Source of the DNA: an uncultured delta proteobacterium
GTDB taxonomy: Bacteria; Desulfobacterota; Desulfobacteria; Desulfobacterales; JAFDCJ01
Direction of reading: 5' to 3'
DNA: 64,000 nt
Assembly (NCBI GenBank): GCA_963769935.1
Contig: CAVYNY010000016.1
Span: 160,001-224,000 of the forward strand
Under the pieces are notes generated by a model. It was not told where the DNA came from. It saw only the letters and a list, made by a program, of their open reading frames with translations, and did not search any database. Positions within the stretch are counted from its first letter, which is position 1. Every line of letters begins with the position of its first letter. The translations under genes and the position numbers were made by a program. Positions 37,568 to 48,714 of this stretch are shown here, piece after piece.

Positions 37568-39509
37568 CTACTCCGGCAGCGAAATGGTGATCGTACATCC
37601 GGGACCGTCATTGTTGGCAGCGCTTACGGATCCGCCCATCAGCCGGACGAATTTTTTAACCAGCGCCAGTCCGATGCCGGTGCCGCGCGTCGCACGGGCA
37701 AGGGAATTTTCGACGCGGTAAAAGTCGTCAAATATCTTTTTCAGTGCCTGACGCGGGATGCCGGGTCCGGTGTCGGATACCATGATGTTCACCCGCCCAT
37801 CCTGCCGGCGGGTCCGGATGCCGATCTCCCGCCGGGGGGTGCTCTGGCCGAATTTCATACTGTTTTCGATCAGGTTGATCAATACCTGGATCATCACTTC
37901 CCGATCATATCTAAACGGCCGGTCCTGTCCTTTTGCGACCGTTAGCGTGAATCCCTCCTGCTTGACCTTTTCAGCCATCACCGCCTGAACTTCTTCCAGA
38001 ACATCATCGAAAGTACCGGTCTGCAAGTCGATATGCCGCTGCCTTTTTTCCAATTTGGAAAGCTCCAGCACATTGTTGATCAGGCGCGACAGGCGGGCGC
38101 CCTCCGAATCGAGAATCCTGAAATACTCCTGCTCGCGCTCCGGGTTTTGCGCCATGCCCTGCTCCAGCATTTCAATATACAGCCGGATATTGGTCAGGGG
38201 TGTCTTTAATTCATGGGTAACGGAAGAAACAAATTGGGAACGGCGCTCGGAAAGATCCACGATGGTACGGGTACTCTGGTAGATGGTGAACAATCCCATT
38301 AAAACGACCACCGCCAGGACAACGAGCATGATGGTCAGGGTATGGCGGCCGGCAGAAGGCGGGATCTGATCGCAGACCAAAGTTGCCTTCAAGAAGTTGA
38401 AAGGCGATGGAAAGCTGCGATTAAGAATAAAATCGGGATCTTTGACGATGACGCCGGCTTCCAGCGCCCGGGCTTCCCGGCCCTGATCCAAAACGCTGAG
38501 ACGCAGGCCGGTAAACTGCGCCATTGGTTGGGCAAGAAAATAATTTTGAACCAGGTAATTTAGAAAATGATTTACCTGCAGAACGAATCCCTGCCGGTAG
38601 ATCTGATTGTCGATCATGATGCGGCGGAAGATAAATACTTGACCGTCACTTAAAAAAACTGCCTGCAGCGGAGCCACTTCCACCCGGTAGCCGGCTGCTT
38701 CTTCAGCAGGGGGCGGGGACGCCGGTGGGGGTGCACTTTCGGCTGCTTCCCGGTAGGAGTTGGCTGACTGACGCTTTTGCAGGGACCATGGTCTTGCCGG
38801 CCGTCCGGTCTCCCTCCAAATGCCGGTCGTCTTTAGCGGCCATGGAATCGGCGGCAGCCGGAGCGCCGGCCTTCGAAGGCTTCTGCTCCTGTTGGGTGAT
38901 GTTGGCCGCCTGGCCGATGGTGATTTTTTCGACTCTTTTTCCCTTCTGCCCCAGGAAATCTCTGGAGCGCTGGGTGCGCGAAAGATCAAGGTATTTGCCG
39001 GCAAACCCTGCTTTTTTTTCGGTTTCCCGCTCGGCCGCGAGTACCGCCGGCCGGGGTTTAACTTTATCGGTCCCCGCAACCCGCTTGCGGTTGAAAATTT
39101 CATTGGCTTCTTTCAGCTCAGTCACGAGTTGAACACGATCGGGCGGTATCTGCCCCTCGTTTGCCACCAGCGGCGTCTGGAACGATCCGTCCGGATTATT
39201 CTGAAAATATCCTAGAATGAAATTCTCCGCTGACGGCTGCGACAGGGGAGACGGTTGCGGCCGGTCTTCATCGGATTGCCGGGAGGGTGGAAACACGTGA
39301 TAGTTGTATTCATCGACCGCCCGACTTTCCTCACGCTGCACCATCATCGCCAGCCTGTGCTCCATTTCGTCGAAAAGTGTTTCCGCAAAATAGCTCAAGG
39401 TTGACGCCTCTTCCTGTTCCAGCCCACGGTAGGTTTTTAAAACAAAATAACCAAGTGGTATGGAAAGCGCCAGCGAAAATATGACGATAAGCAGTTTCAG
39501 TTTTTTCAT
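37568..39509 (-). CDS. Membrane sensor histidine kinase, split by an apparent frameshift near 38700-38790
   Basis: N-terminal TM in frame 38703-39509; second TM, VTHELKTPL, NLIENS, DTGPGI, GTGIGL in frame 37568-39103. Confidence 0.85.
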
Positions 39510-39719
39510 GGTTTAATCGGATTGTTTGGATCATCCCAGTTAAACAAAAGACAAGAAGGGTTAACGGGTTAAATTTGGATTGTTTAGATTGTTTAAATGG
39601 TTTGAATCGTTATGATCGATGACTTGTGATCGCATAAAGCTTTTCATTCTTTTTGATTGTTAAGAGCCTTTATGTTGGTATTCAGTTTTTTTAGAACCGT
39701 TCGGCTTTTTCTAGCAAAC

Positions 39720-39943
39720 TTCGAAACGCTCACCCCGCAACCCCCATCATTATTCAGCCAACTCAATTAACTCAACAAACCCAATAAACTCAATAAACAC
39801 AGCCACCCCGCAACCCGCTCTTTTCTTTTTACGCTACGCGCTTTGCACTATGCCCTTGCCCATTCTCCGAACCCCGCATCATTATCCAGCCAACTCAATA
39901 AACTAACAGACACAGCCACCCCGCAACCCGTAACCCGTAACTC
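39720..39943. repeat. Intergenic mosaic with a duplicated CATCATTAT.CAGCCAACTCAAT..ACACAGCCACCCCGCAACCCG unit
   Basis: Two related copies plus (AACTCAAT)n and (CCCGCAA/CCCGTAA)n tracts. Confidence 0.65.
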
Positions 39944-39944
39944 C

Positions 39945-40640
39945 TCACTCCGGCGCCAGTCTGTACCCCTCGCCCCGGACGGTTTCTATGAACGGAGGAT
40001 CGCCGATTAAGGCGGTAATTTTCTTGCGCAGCTTGAGCATATGGATATCCACTGTGCGAGTCTCAATATCCGCATCGGCGTAGCGCCATACTTCGATCAG
40101 AAGCTCTTTTTTTGAAACTATCCTGTCCCGGTGGCGGTGCAGGTAGATGATTATATCCATTTCCCGGCGGGTAAGTTCCGCAGACTGTTCTCCGGCCACG
40201 GCTTTCAGGTTTTTGCCGTCAAAAAAAATTCCGTGGCAGTTAACTTCTTCATCGCCGAGATTTTTGCCGGTTCGCCGCAATACCGCTTCCACCCGCACCA
40301 TGACTTCCCGCAGGGAAAAGGGTTTGGTGATATAGTCATCCGCCCCGGCCTTAAACCCCGCAATAATATCGTCCTCCGCCCCTTTGGCAGTGATGATGAT
40401 AATTCCCTGGTTGGGTTTCTGTTTGCGAATCTTTCTGCAGATCGAAAACCCATCAAGGGACGGCAGCATCACATCCAGCAGAATCAGGTCAAATTGCTCA
40501 TCCACGGCCACCTTGAGCCCCACGAAGCCGTCTTCAACACCTTGGGCTTCGTAGCCGTTAAACACCAGCACATCCACAAGGCCGCGCAGCAGGGCCGTGT
40601 CATCTTCAACAACGAGAATGCGGGCCTTGGGTTGTTTCAT
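39945..40640 (-). CDS. OmpR/PhoB family response regulator
   Basis: VVEDD, LLDVMLP, GADDYITKPF, RTVDIH, TVRGEGY. Confidence 0.95.
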   Translation of the reverse strand: MKQPKARILVVEDDTALLRGLVDVLVFNGYEAQGVEDGFVGLKVAVDEQFDLILLDVMLPSLDGFSICRKIRKQKPNQGIIIITAKGAEDDIIAGFKAGADDYITKPFSLREVMVRVEAVLRRTGKNLGDEEVNCHGIFFDGKNLKAVAGEQSAELTRREMDIIIYLHRHRDRIVSKKELLIEVWRYADADIETRTVDIHMLKLRKKITALIGDPPFIETVRGEGYRLAPE

Positions 40641-40864
40641 AATTTATCCGTCCTGAAACTAGAAAACTAACGTTCTAAAATTTCCTCTGGGTATTGAAGC
40701 ACATATCTTTATCCCGGCTCCGACGGATAAATTAATGTATGCTTCGCATTTTTTATTCTTAAATTAATTCCAAATATATACATAGAATATCAGAAATCCG
40801 TTTGTCGGCATCTGCTAACTTTTGAACCTTTATTTAGGTTATACCAGACAATCGCAAATTCAAA

Positions 40865-40880
40865 GTAAAAGTTATGTAAA
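40865..40880. promoter_or_regulatory. Candidate OmpR-family direct-repeat site GTAAA-N6-GTAAA
   Basis: 11-bp-period repeat in the divergent region between regulator and VWA operon. Confidence 0.35.
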
Positions 40881-41013
40881 AAAACTGCCGCCTTCTTTTA
40901 CATTTCTTTGAATTGCATCCGGCAGCCCCTGAAGTATAATCGAAACACGGCAGCCAAATCGGATTTAATTTTATCACTGAAGATTAAATTCATTCGGCCG
41001 GGGGCGGTCCACA

Positions 41014-41063
41014 ATTTTAGGCATTTTAGGCATTTTAGGCAATTTAGGCAATTTAGGCAATTT
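41014..41063 (+). repeat. 9-bp tandem repeat (A[TA]TTTAGGC)x5
   Basis: Direct reading, just upstream of the VWA gene RBS. Confidence 0.85.
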
Positions 41064-41084
41064 TTTTGGAAAGGAGAGCACATT

Positions 41085-42519
41085 ATGAAACCGAAACAAC
41101 TGAAAAACCTTTTATTGATTGCTTTGCTGATTGCGGTCACCGGTGCAGCTATGGCGTATTCGGACAAAATACCGGGTATTTTCTCTCAAAACCCGGAAGC
41201 CTGCACACGCCCCGCAGCAGACTGTAAACAAGGGAATCCTCAGCGTTTCCGGTCATCTCGTACAAGACAAAGTTCTTCTGGGATCGGCCGGCACCGTGGG
41301 CTTGAACCTCACGTTGCAGGCGGATCAGATCGCAGCGACGGACACGGCGGAATCCCGCAATGTCGATCTGGTGATCGTGCTGGACCGCAGCGGTTCGATG
41401 AAAGGCCGCAAAATCAATGATGCGCGCCGGGCGATACTGCAGCTGCTGACCGACCTGAGCGCCAGGGACCGGTTGGCCCTGGTCACATATTCGGACGATG
41501 TTCAAATTGGCGCCGACCTTCTCACCGTCACCGATGACAATCGGAAGCGTCTGGCGGCGGCTGTCAACAGCGTGCAGGTCGGCGGCGGCACCAACCTTGG
41601 TGCCGGTCTGCAGGCCGGAATCAGCATTCTCAACTCCTCCATCCGCAGTGCCAATTCTGCCAAGGTGATTCTCATTTCCGACGGGCTTGCCAACAAGGGT
41701 GTTACGGATATCAACGCCCTGGGCAACATGGCCGCCCTGGCAGTTGAAAGTGAATTTGCAATCAGCACGGTAGGCGTGGGATCCGATTATAACGAACATC
41801 TGATGACTGCCATCGCCGATCAGGGCACCGGCACTTACTATTACCTGGAAAACCCGGCGGCCTTTGCCGAAGTATTCCAGAGGGAATTCTATGACACCCG
41901 GACAGCAATCGTCAGCAGCCTGAAAATTCAAATACCGACGCCGGGCGGCATCACGCTGTCCGATGCTGCCGGATACCCGCTCAGCTACCGGCAGAACCAT
42001 GTCGAATTTTATCCCGGCCGTCTGCGCTCCGGGCAAATTCGTAAACTTTATCTGACGCTTCATGTTCCAACCAACAGCGAACGGAATTTTGTGCTCAATG
42101 ATATTAAGATAACCTATCATTATGACAATCAGGCTTTCGAAACCACCCTGGATGAGCCCCTGAGCATTGCCTGTGTGAATGATCAACAAAAAGTCTTCTC
42201 CTCCATTGACAAGACCGTCTGGACTGAAAAAATCATCAATGAAGACTTTAACCGCCTCAAGCAGGAAGTAGCCGCTGATTTAAAATCCGGCGACAAGCGG
42301 CAGGCGATGGACCGAATAAAAAAGTACCATGGCGAACAGGAAGCCGTAAATGCGGTAGTCGGTTCGCAGCGGGTCGCCGATAATCTTGACAAGGATCTCA
42401 AAGAGCTCACAACGTACGTCGAAGAAACGTTTCAAGGCGCACCTGCAGCCGTGCGGGAAAAGCAACAGTCCAACGCCAAAGCCCTGCAATACGACGGCTA
42501 CCGCGGTCGGCGGCAGTAA
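41085..42519 (+). CDS. Secreted VWA domain protein (YfbK-like), apparent frameshift near 41195
   Basis: AAGGAG RBS and signal peptide MKPKQLKNLLLIALL in one frame; DRSGSM, GGTN, LISDGLAN in the other. Confidence 0.85.
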
Positions 42520-42560
42520 TAGGATTAACAGAGGACAGAAGACAGAGTGACAGAGGATGA

Positions 42561-42743
42561 TTTCAGCCCGGCCGATGGGCAAAGTAGCGGCCGATCTGAT
42601 CGAAAAAAAAACATAATAGTTCACCGCAGAGCTCGCAGCCTCTGGCCCATAGGGCCTACGCCCCGGTGGGAGAACGCCGAGAACGAAAATTTTAATTAAT
42701 CTCCGCGCTCTCTGCGCTCTCTGCGGTGAGATACTTCGTAAAA
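42561..42743 (+). repeat. ~180-bp composite dispersed repeat, copy 2
   Basis: Near-identical to 13540-13724. Confidence 0.85.
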
Positions 42744-42755
42744 ACGGAGCAGGAT

Positions 42756-43328
42756 ATGGGAATCATGACAAGAGTAGTAAAAATCTTCAAAGCCGATATC
42801 CACGGCGTCATGGATCAGCTGGAAGATCAGGGCTTGTTGCTCAAGCAGCATTTGCGGGATATGGAAGATGCATTGCACGCCGGGGCAGCCCGGCTTAAAA
42901 GAAAAATTGCCGCCCGTAAACAGGCCCAGCTGGAGCTCGATAAATTCAGGCGGCAAACGGAAGCTCTGGAGCACGATCTGGGGGTCGCCGTCAAAAAAAA
43001 CAAGGATGACATCGCCCGGATGCTCATTAAAAAAGTCAAACCATTGGATGATCTGCACCAAGACATTGCCCAGCATATCAGAACGCTGGATGAAGAAATT
43101 GCCGCATTAAAGGAACACCTCGATCAGCAGCACCTGAAGTATGCCCAAATCAAACACCGCACGGTGGAGTATTGCCAGCTGAGCCGATCCCGGGCGCAGC
43201 AAAATGATTTTTCGGAAGTGCCGGCTGCCACCAGTTCGGGGGGGCTGTCCGAAGAAGAAATAGAACTTGAGCTGCTCAAGCGCAAGGAGGCACTCGGCGC
43301 TGCGCAAAGTGATTTATTATCCGGGTAA
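42756..43328 (+). CDS. PspA/IM30 family protein
   Basis: MGIMTRVVKIFKADIHGVMDQLED..LLKQHLRDME, coiled coil, IELELLKRK. Confidence 0.85.
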   Translation: MGIMTRVVKIFKADIHGVMDQLEDQGLLLKQHLRDMEDALHAGAARLKRKIAARKQAQLELDKFRRQTEALEHDLGVAVKKNKDDIARMLIKKVKPLDDLHQDIAQHIRTLDEEIAALKEHLDQQHLKYAQIKHRTVEYCQLSRSRAQQNDFSEVPAATSSGGLSEEEIELELLKRKEALGAAQSDLLSG

Positions 43329-43531
43329 TCTGCTGCGGCTATTTCGCGACCCGGCGCAAGAGGATGATTTCCTTGAACACCCAGGATACAACAACCAGTA
43401 TCTCTCCGAGGCGTGGGCGCTGCGAGCCGGAGGCCAGGATCACGTAGTATATCCAATGATTTTGACTGCAACGGCTAAGTTCAAGACAATATCTTAAGCA
43501 ACTTAAGGGTATAGAATGGAGGTGTCTCATC

Positions 43532-44098
43532 ATGAAAATCCTGCAACGTCCTTTCGCAGCCACAATAGGATTTGGTTTGATCTGCGGTCTTTCTTTTATA
43601 CCGGCAAGCCTGGTGCTGAATACGGTGGTTTCCCGGCCGAGCGCGATCTGCCTGACGCTGTGGCTGTTTGCCGCAGGCCATGCGCTTTTTTTGAGGAGTT
43701 GGAGCGGACAGAAATTTACAACCGTTGCATTTCCGATTTTGGTCCTGCTTATGGCGGCTTTCCTGGTGGACTCGATTGCCGCTTTTTTTCTCCTGATGCT
43801 GGCCGTCACCAGCTGGATACGCAGTGGAATTTGTTTTACGGAAAAGGGGGCCATCAAGCTGGCAGTTGAAATGTTGCTTTGTGCGGTGGGCGGCATCCTG
43901 GTGGCGGTATTTACTCCCGGCAGGGCATTCGGGTGGGCCCTGGGGACCTGGATGTTCTTTTTATTGCAGTCCCTCTATTTTGTTGTGTTTGAAAACAGGA
44001 TTATTGCGCCGCAAAACAAATATGAATACAAAATAGATAACTTTGAGCGGGCAAGCAGGCAGGCGGAGAACATTTTAGAAAACTGCATCTCCCGCTAA
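43532..44098 (+). CDS. Hypothetical multi-pass membrane protein
   Basis: About six hydrophobic segments, GGAGG RBS, C-terminal FERA..AE.IL. Confidence 0.7.
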   Translation: MKILQRPFAATIGFGLICGLSFIPASLVLNTVVSRPSAICLTLWLFAAGHALFLRSWSGQKFTTVAFPILVLLMAAFLVDSIAAFFLLMLAVTSWIRSGICFTEKGAIKLAVEMLLCAVGGILVAVFTPGRAFGWALGTWMFFLLQSLYFVVFENRIIAPQNKYEYKIDNFERASRQAENILENCISR

Positions 44099-44256
44099 GG
44101 GTTCACGAAAAAATTAATTCACAGTTTTAAGCGTTGAGGCGCTCTTGCGGCAAGGCGCGAAAACGCAGGAATATCTGGATATTCCGAGCTTTCGCAACGC
44201 AGCCGCATGAGATGCATCGGCGTATAAAATGTGAAGTTATTTTTGAGTGAGCCCTA
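44096..44256. mobile_element. MITE-like element with ~27-bp imperfect terminal inverted repeats
   Basis: AGGGTTCACGAAAAAATTAATTCACA / TGTGAAGTTATTTTTGAGTGAGCCCT; core shared with 490-624. Confidence 0.6.
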
Positions 44257-44277
44257 AGCCGACAAGGCGGAGTAATG

Positions 44278-44448
44278 AATGGTGGAACGAAAATCCGTCC
44301 GACGGATGTGTTGGGTTTCGCCCTCAGGAATCCCTCTCGGCGTAAACGCTTGATTTTCGTAGATGGTTGGGGTGAGGCAAGAAACCCGGCATTATTGGTC
44401 GGCCTCAACCCAACCTACCCGTAATCAGGACTTTTCGTTCCGGCACTA
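44278..44448 (+). repeat. ~170-bp element with GAACGAAAA/TTTTCGTTC ends enclosing a GTAG-type REP doublet, copy 1
   Basis: Similar to 45057-45228; CTCAACCCAACCTAC arm. Confidence 0.75.
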
Positions 44449-44508
44449 ATTAGATCGCGAATATTAATGTCTGCCAAGATCTTCAGGGATCAGGCAAAAC
44501 CGAATCGT

Positions 44509-44877
44509 CTAATCCAAAGTTATCTTCATCATCAAATCCCGGTGGCTGCCGTCCCCGCGCCAGAGTTTGAAAAGCCCGCAAATCTTTGAATTTTCCGGCT
44601 CAAACTCAAAATCCGAACCCTGACAGCCGTCCATCTCGCAGTCTTGCCATGGTGTTTGCTCCAATTGATAGGATGGTCGGCTGAAAAATTCAACTTTCTT
44701 GGGCTTTCGGCCCCGGGGAATTTCACCGCAGACGCGATAGCAGACAGACCCCTGCAGATATTCCGGCAGGATGCCGCATTTATCGCGATCCTTCGTTCCA
44801 ACCGGACTTCCCAGTCCTTCGGCGGTTACATAGGTGGTATGGTCTATGGTACAGCTGCAAGCGCTAATGTCGGCCAT
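44509..44877 (-). CDS. Hypothetical Cys-rich protein
   Basis: 122-aa ORF with GGAAGG RBS. Confidence 0.5.
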   Translation of the reverse strand: MADISACSCTIDHTTYVTAEGLGSPVGTKDRDKCGILPEYLQGSVCYRVCGEIPRGRKPKKVEFFSRPSYQLEQTPWQDCEMDGCQGSDFEFEPENSKICGLFKLWRGDGSHRDLMMKITLD

Positions 44878-45056
44878 GGTTGCACCTTCCTTTCCAGGTG
44901 AACATGTCAGCGATTATTCTTTTATTACCTAAGGAACATGCGTTGGTTCCATAGTGAATAAATAATCATTGGCTGCCGGAAGTAAAGAATCCTGGCCCAG
45001 AGGACCAGGTTTTCAATGCTATAATAATGTTTCATTTTAACATCGGTTTTGTTAAA

Positions 45057-45228
45057 TAGTGGTTGAACGAAAACCCGTCCGTCGCAGGAGTTGGGTTTCG
45101 CCCTCGGGCATACGTATCGGCGGAAGAGCCTGATTTTCGTAGGTTGGGTTGAGGGACGAACCCCAATCCCGCCTGCGGCGGGACTCAACCCAACCTACCC
45201 GAAATCAGGACTTTTCGTTCAGGCTCTT
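45057..45228 (+). repeat. ~170-bp REP-containing element, copy 2
   Basis: GTAGGTTGGGTTGAG...CTCAACCCAACCTAC within GAACGAAAA/TTTTCGTTC ends. Confidence 0.75.
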
Positions 45229-45251
45229 AATCTGTGAAGCGGGGGGCTGCG

Positions 45252-45566
45252 ATGAAAGTTAACTTCATTTACATGACGGCCGGCAGCAAAGATGAAGCCA
45301 GGAAAATCGGCAGAGAACTGGTGGTCGCCAGGCTGGCCGCATGCGTCAACATCCTGGACAACATGAACTCATTTTACAGGTGGCAGGGGGAAATTCAGGA
45401 TGACACCGAGGTGGTAATTATCGCCAAAACAACTGAGGACTGCGTGCCGGCGCTGATTGAAAAAGTCAAGGCGCTGCATAGCTACGATTGCCCCTGTATC
45501 GTGGCCATTCCTGTAACCGGCGGCAATCAGGCTTTTCTGGATTGGGTTGCAGCAGAGGTTAAATAA
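45252..45566 (+). CDS. cutA: Divalent-cation tolerance protein
   Basis: RLAACVNI, SFYRWQG, KT, HSYDCPCI, FLDW. Confidence 0.92.
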   Translation: MKVNFIYMTAGSKDEARKIGRELVVARLAACVNILDNMNSFYRWQGEIQDDTEVVIIAKTTEDCVPALIEKVKALHSYDCPCIVAIPVTGGNQAFLDWVAAEVK

Positions 45567-45577
45567 CCAAACACGAA

Positions 45578-46699
45578 TCATTTCCGAAACCTCACCCGCA
45601 AAAAGCGCGGCCGATAAAGCCTGGCATCGGTGGCTATTTTTTCAAAATCCAGAGAACTGGCGACATAGGTCACGATGATCTCATCCGGGGCAAATGAAAG
45701 TTCCGGGTGGCCTTTGGCCGCGTAGCAGAAAACATCCGCGCCCCAGCTCGCCTCCGGACATTCATAAAGGACTTCGGGTTCACTCCAGGGACCCCAGGGC
45801 TTCGGTGCAAACCGGGCGACAATATTTTTTGATAAGCCCTGGGCGGTGTATACGGCCACATATTCTCCCAGGGCCGCAAGGTAAGATACCGAATACTCGT
45901 TGGCCAAATCTCCGGCGAGCCGCGACAGCTCACTGAAATCGTTTGACCAGCGCCCCGCGGAAAAAAATTGCCATTGATCAAATCGTTCCAGTTTGGCTTC
46001 GGGTGCCCTTGCCAGGATCATGTATTTGTGCCGAAGGCCGCCGACAACCTCCTCTGTGGTGCCGAATATATAGATAAAATTATTCTCCCTCAGCAAGGCC
46101 GAACCGAAAATTGTGTCGCCGCCGGGCGACAGGCGCTCCCACGGAATGCGATGCTGCGATACGCGCCAGTCGCTCGGCAATTCCCCGGGGTTGGCTACAC
46201 GCCCCAGCCGGGTCCCTATGATTTTAAAACCAAACGAGTTCGGATTCGCAGTTCGTTCAGCCTGAATTAGACACAGATACAATTCCTTATTGACCTCGAT
46301 GCCGTGATAGAACCAGATCCAGCCGCGGCCGTCGGAAGGTCGGATAAATGCGACCGGCTTGCCCCCGGATGCCCGGCCTGAATAGAAATCAACAGACGCG
46401 GCGGCAGGGATCCTTCCATGTTGAATGGCGATGGAATTGTTTATAATGGTTGCGTTTGTATGACGGCCTTCCCGGATTTCACCGTACCAGGTGTCTCCGA
46501 ATAGCCAAAGGATTCGATTACCCGAAAGTTTTACCGTGTACGCGCCGTCGGCGCCGGTCCAGCCATCCTGCCTTTCGAACAGGGCATTGTAGTCCGGCAA
46601 AACATCAACGGATACATGCGGCGGCGATGCGCAGGCCGCAACCAGCAGTATGGCGAAAAGAACGACGGATCTGAGAATATGGTTTTTGCCGGTCATCAT
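45578..46699 (-). CDS. Lipoprotein, DUF4185/DUF5005-like beta-propeller
   Basis: Lipobox LVAAC, GWTGADG, WLFGDT, PWGPWS, YAAKGHP, Y.PRF. Confidence 0.7.
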   Translation of the reverse strand: MMTGKNHILRSVVLFAILLVAACASPPHVSVDVLPDYNALFERQDGWTGADGAYTVKLSGNRILWLFGDTWYGEIREGRHTNATIINNSIAIQHGRIPAAASVDFYSGRASGGKPVAFIRPSDGRGWIWFYHGIEVNKELYLCLIQAERTANPNSFGFKIIGTRLGRVANPGELPSDWRVSQHRIPWERLSPGGDTIFGSALLRENNFIYIFGTTEEVVGGLRHKYMILARAPEAKLERFDQWQFFSAGRWSNDFSELSRLAGDLANEYSVSYLAALGEYVAVYTAQGLSKNIVARFAPKPWGPWSEPEVLYECPEASWGADVFCYAAKGHPELSFAPDEIIVTYVASSLDFEKIATDARLYRPRFLRVRFRK

Positions 46700-46769
46700 A
46701 ACGAGAAACTTCTCCTGTACAAATCACCAAACTTGAGCATGAAGCCGGAGGACTGGCGGCTATGAGCTA

Positions 46770-48191
46770 TCAACTATCCCCATCCAGCTTTATCTCGCCG
46801 GTATAGAACTTCACCCCCGGCGGCGTTTTGTCCAGATAAAAACCGATGGTCTTTGTAAACAGCGGATCCTCATACACACTGCGCAGGAAGTCTTCACGAA
46901 ACTTGGGATGCACTATGCTGGCAATCGCCATGGCTTTTTCACCGGAAGTCAACTCTCTCAGGTCGGCAAAGCCGTATTCGGTGACAATTACCACCCCATC
47001 GTAGGCGCTGGCCGTCAAACTGATCCCGGGAGGATGCATCTTGGTAATTTTGGATTCCCCTTTGTTGGTAATACTTCGCATGGCGATGATGGGGGTTCCG
47101 AAAGACCGGTCGTTTAAAGCCCGGATGAAATCCGGCTGGCCGCCGACGCCGCTGTAATACCGTCGGGGATCGATAAAATCCGCCCAGACATTGCCGAGCA
47201 GATCCACCCCGATGGCCGTGTTCACCGAAATGAAAGGACTGTTTTTGCGTACGGTTTCGGCCGAGTTGGTGTAAGCCGAAGGCCGCATCTGCACGCCGGT
47301 TCGCATGTGGACGAATTCATACAGGTCCTGCGATCCCATGATCAGGCTGGTGGTGCTGTAACCCAGGTTGGCTTTCTTTTTACGGTTGGTAACAATGCCC
47401 TCTTTTTGCAAAAGCATCAAACCGTCGCCGTAAAGCTCGGTTTGTACCCCCAGATTTTTAAAGCCCGCCTCTTTGATAGTGCCCACGACGGCATCCGGAA
47501 TCTTGCCGATTCCCACCTGCAGGGTGATGCAATCGTCAATAAAATGATTGGTGATCAGTTCACCGATGCGCTTCTCTTCCGGGGCCAGGTTGTCGAAATC
47601 CGGGGCTTCAAAGTGGTAAACCGGTTTGACATTTTCCGTAATTAAAAAATCGATGGACTGGGCATCCACGACACTTTGCCCCTGGGTAAACGGCATGCTT
47701 TCATCCAGCTCCGCAATCACCACCCTGGCATGATCGATGGCCGTGTGCAGGGCTTCCACGGAAAGCCCCAGACTGTATTCGCCGGTATATTCATTCCGGC
47801 GCACCTTCATGAATACGACGTCCGGCTCGTAGTGGCGTCCTTTGCCGATTAAACTGTCCAGATTGGCCAGCGTACAGGGCAGATAATATGCCCGGCCCTC
47901 ATTGGCGGCCCGGCGAACTTCGCCGCCGGAAAAAATGGAATAGGTCATCACGCGGTCCTGCAACCCTTCGGCAACATAGGGTACCGGACCTTGCAGCAGC
48001 AAATGAACCATTCTGATAAACGGCAGCTTCCAACGGCGGGACTGGATAGACGCGGTCAGGGCCTCCAGGCAGGCCGTCGGGGTGGCGGCGTTTGATCCCA
48101 CATAACACGTGATCGCATCTCTGGTTTTAAATTCAGCCGCAATTACCCCGGCAATTTGATCGGTTGTGATTATTTTCGGTTGGGCATTCAT
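46770..48191 (-). CDS. Acetyl-CoA hydrolase / 4-hydroxybutyrate CoA-transferase family protein
   Basis: TLQVGIGKIP, TE catalytic Glu, SGVGGQPDF, VTEYG.ADL, HPKFR. Confidence 0.88.
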   Translation of the reverse strand: MNAQPKIITTDQIAGVIAAEFKTRDAITCYVGSNAATPTACLEALTASIQSRRWKLPFIRMVHLLLQGPVPYVAEGLQDRVMTYSIFSGGEVRRAANEGRAYYLPCTLANLDSLIGKGRHYEPDVVFMKVRRNEYTGEYSLGLSVEALHTAIDHARVVIAELDESMPFTQGQSVVDAQSIDFLITENVKPVYHFEAPDFDNLAPEEKRIGELITNHFIDDCITLQVGIGKIPDAVVGTIKEAGFKNLGVQTELYGDGLMLLQKEGIVTNRKKKANLGYSTTSLIMGSQDLYEFVHMRTGVQMRPSAYTNSAETVRKNSPFISVNTAIGVDLLGNVWADFIDPRRYYSGVGGQPDFIRALNDRSFGTPIIAMRSITNKGESKITKMHPPGISLTASAYDGVVIVTEYGFADLRELTSGEKAMAIASIVHPKFREDFLRSVYEDPLFTKTIGFYLDKTPPGVKFYTGEIKLDGDS

Positions 48192-48318
48192 GGGCTACCT
48201 CCATCACGGGAAAGGGAACAAGTTTAGCAAAATTTTTCCTGAGAATAAAAGACTACCGGATTTGACATATCCATGCAAGAATTGTATCTTTAAAAAGCCG
48301 AACTCAGGAAGTGCTGAA

Positions 48319-48714
48319 ATGAAAAAAATAGGACTTGCCTTTATCTTGTTGGTCATCGCCGCAGGTTTATCACCAGGCCAAATCCAGGCCGCCAGTCTGC
48401 GCTGCGGTGTCCGTATAATTACGGAAGGCGATTACAAGGACAGGGTGCTGGCTGAATGCGGCGCACCCGATCATGTCGAGACCTGGGAAGAGGAGCACGT
48501 CTACAGGTTCCCGCGCAATCCGGCATATTACGGCAATTACGACAACTATGATTACGGCCCGAGCGATACCGAGCCCGGCAAGCCGTTTCGGGTGAAAAAG
48601 ATGGTGGTTGTGGAAATGTGGACATACAACCATGGACCCACCCGCTTCACGGACCACTTGAGGCTGGAAAACGGCATCGTCACAGAGATTACCAGCGGTG
48701 ATTACGGATATTAG
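48319..48714 (+). CDS. Secreted DUF2845 family protein
   Basis: Signal peptide, LRCG..I..GD...VL..CG.P, WTYN.GP. Confidence 0.8.
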   Translation: MKKIGLAFILLVIAAGLSPGQIQAASLRCGVRIITEGDYKDRVLAECGAPDHVETWEEEHVYRFPRNPAYYGNYDNYDYGPSDTEPGKPFRVKKMVVVEMWTYNHGPTRFTDHLRLENGIVTEITSGDYGY

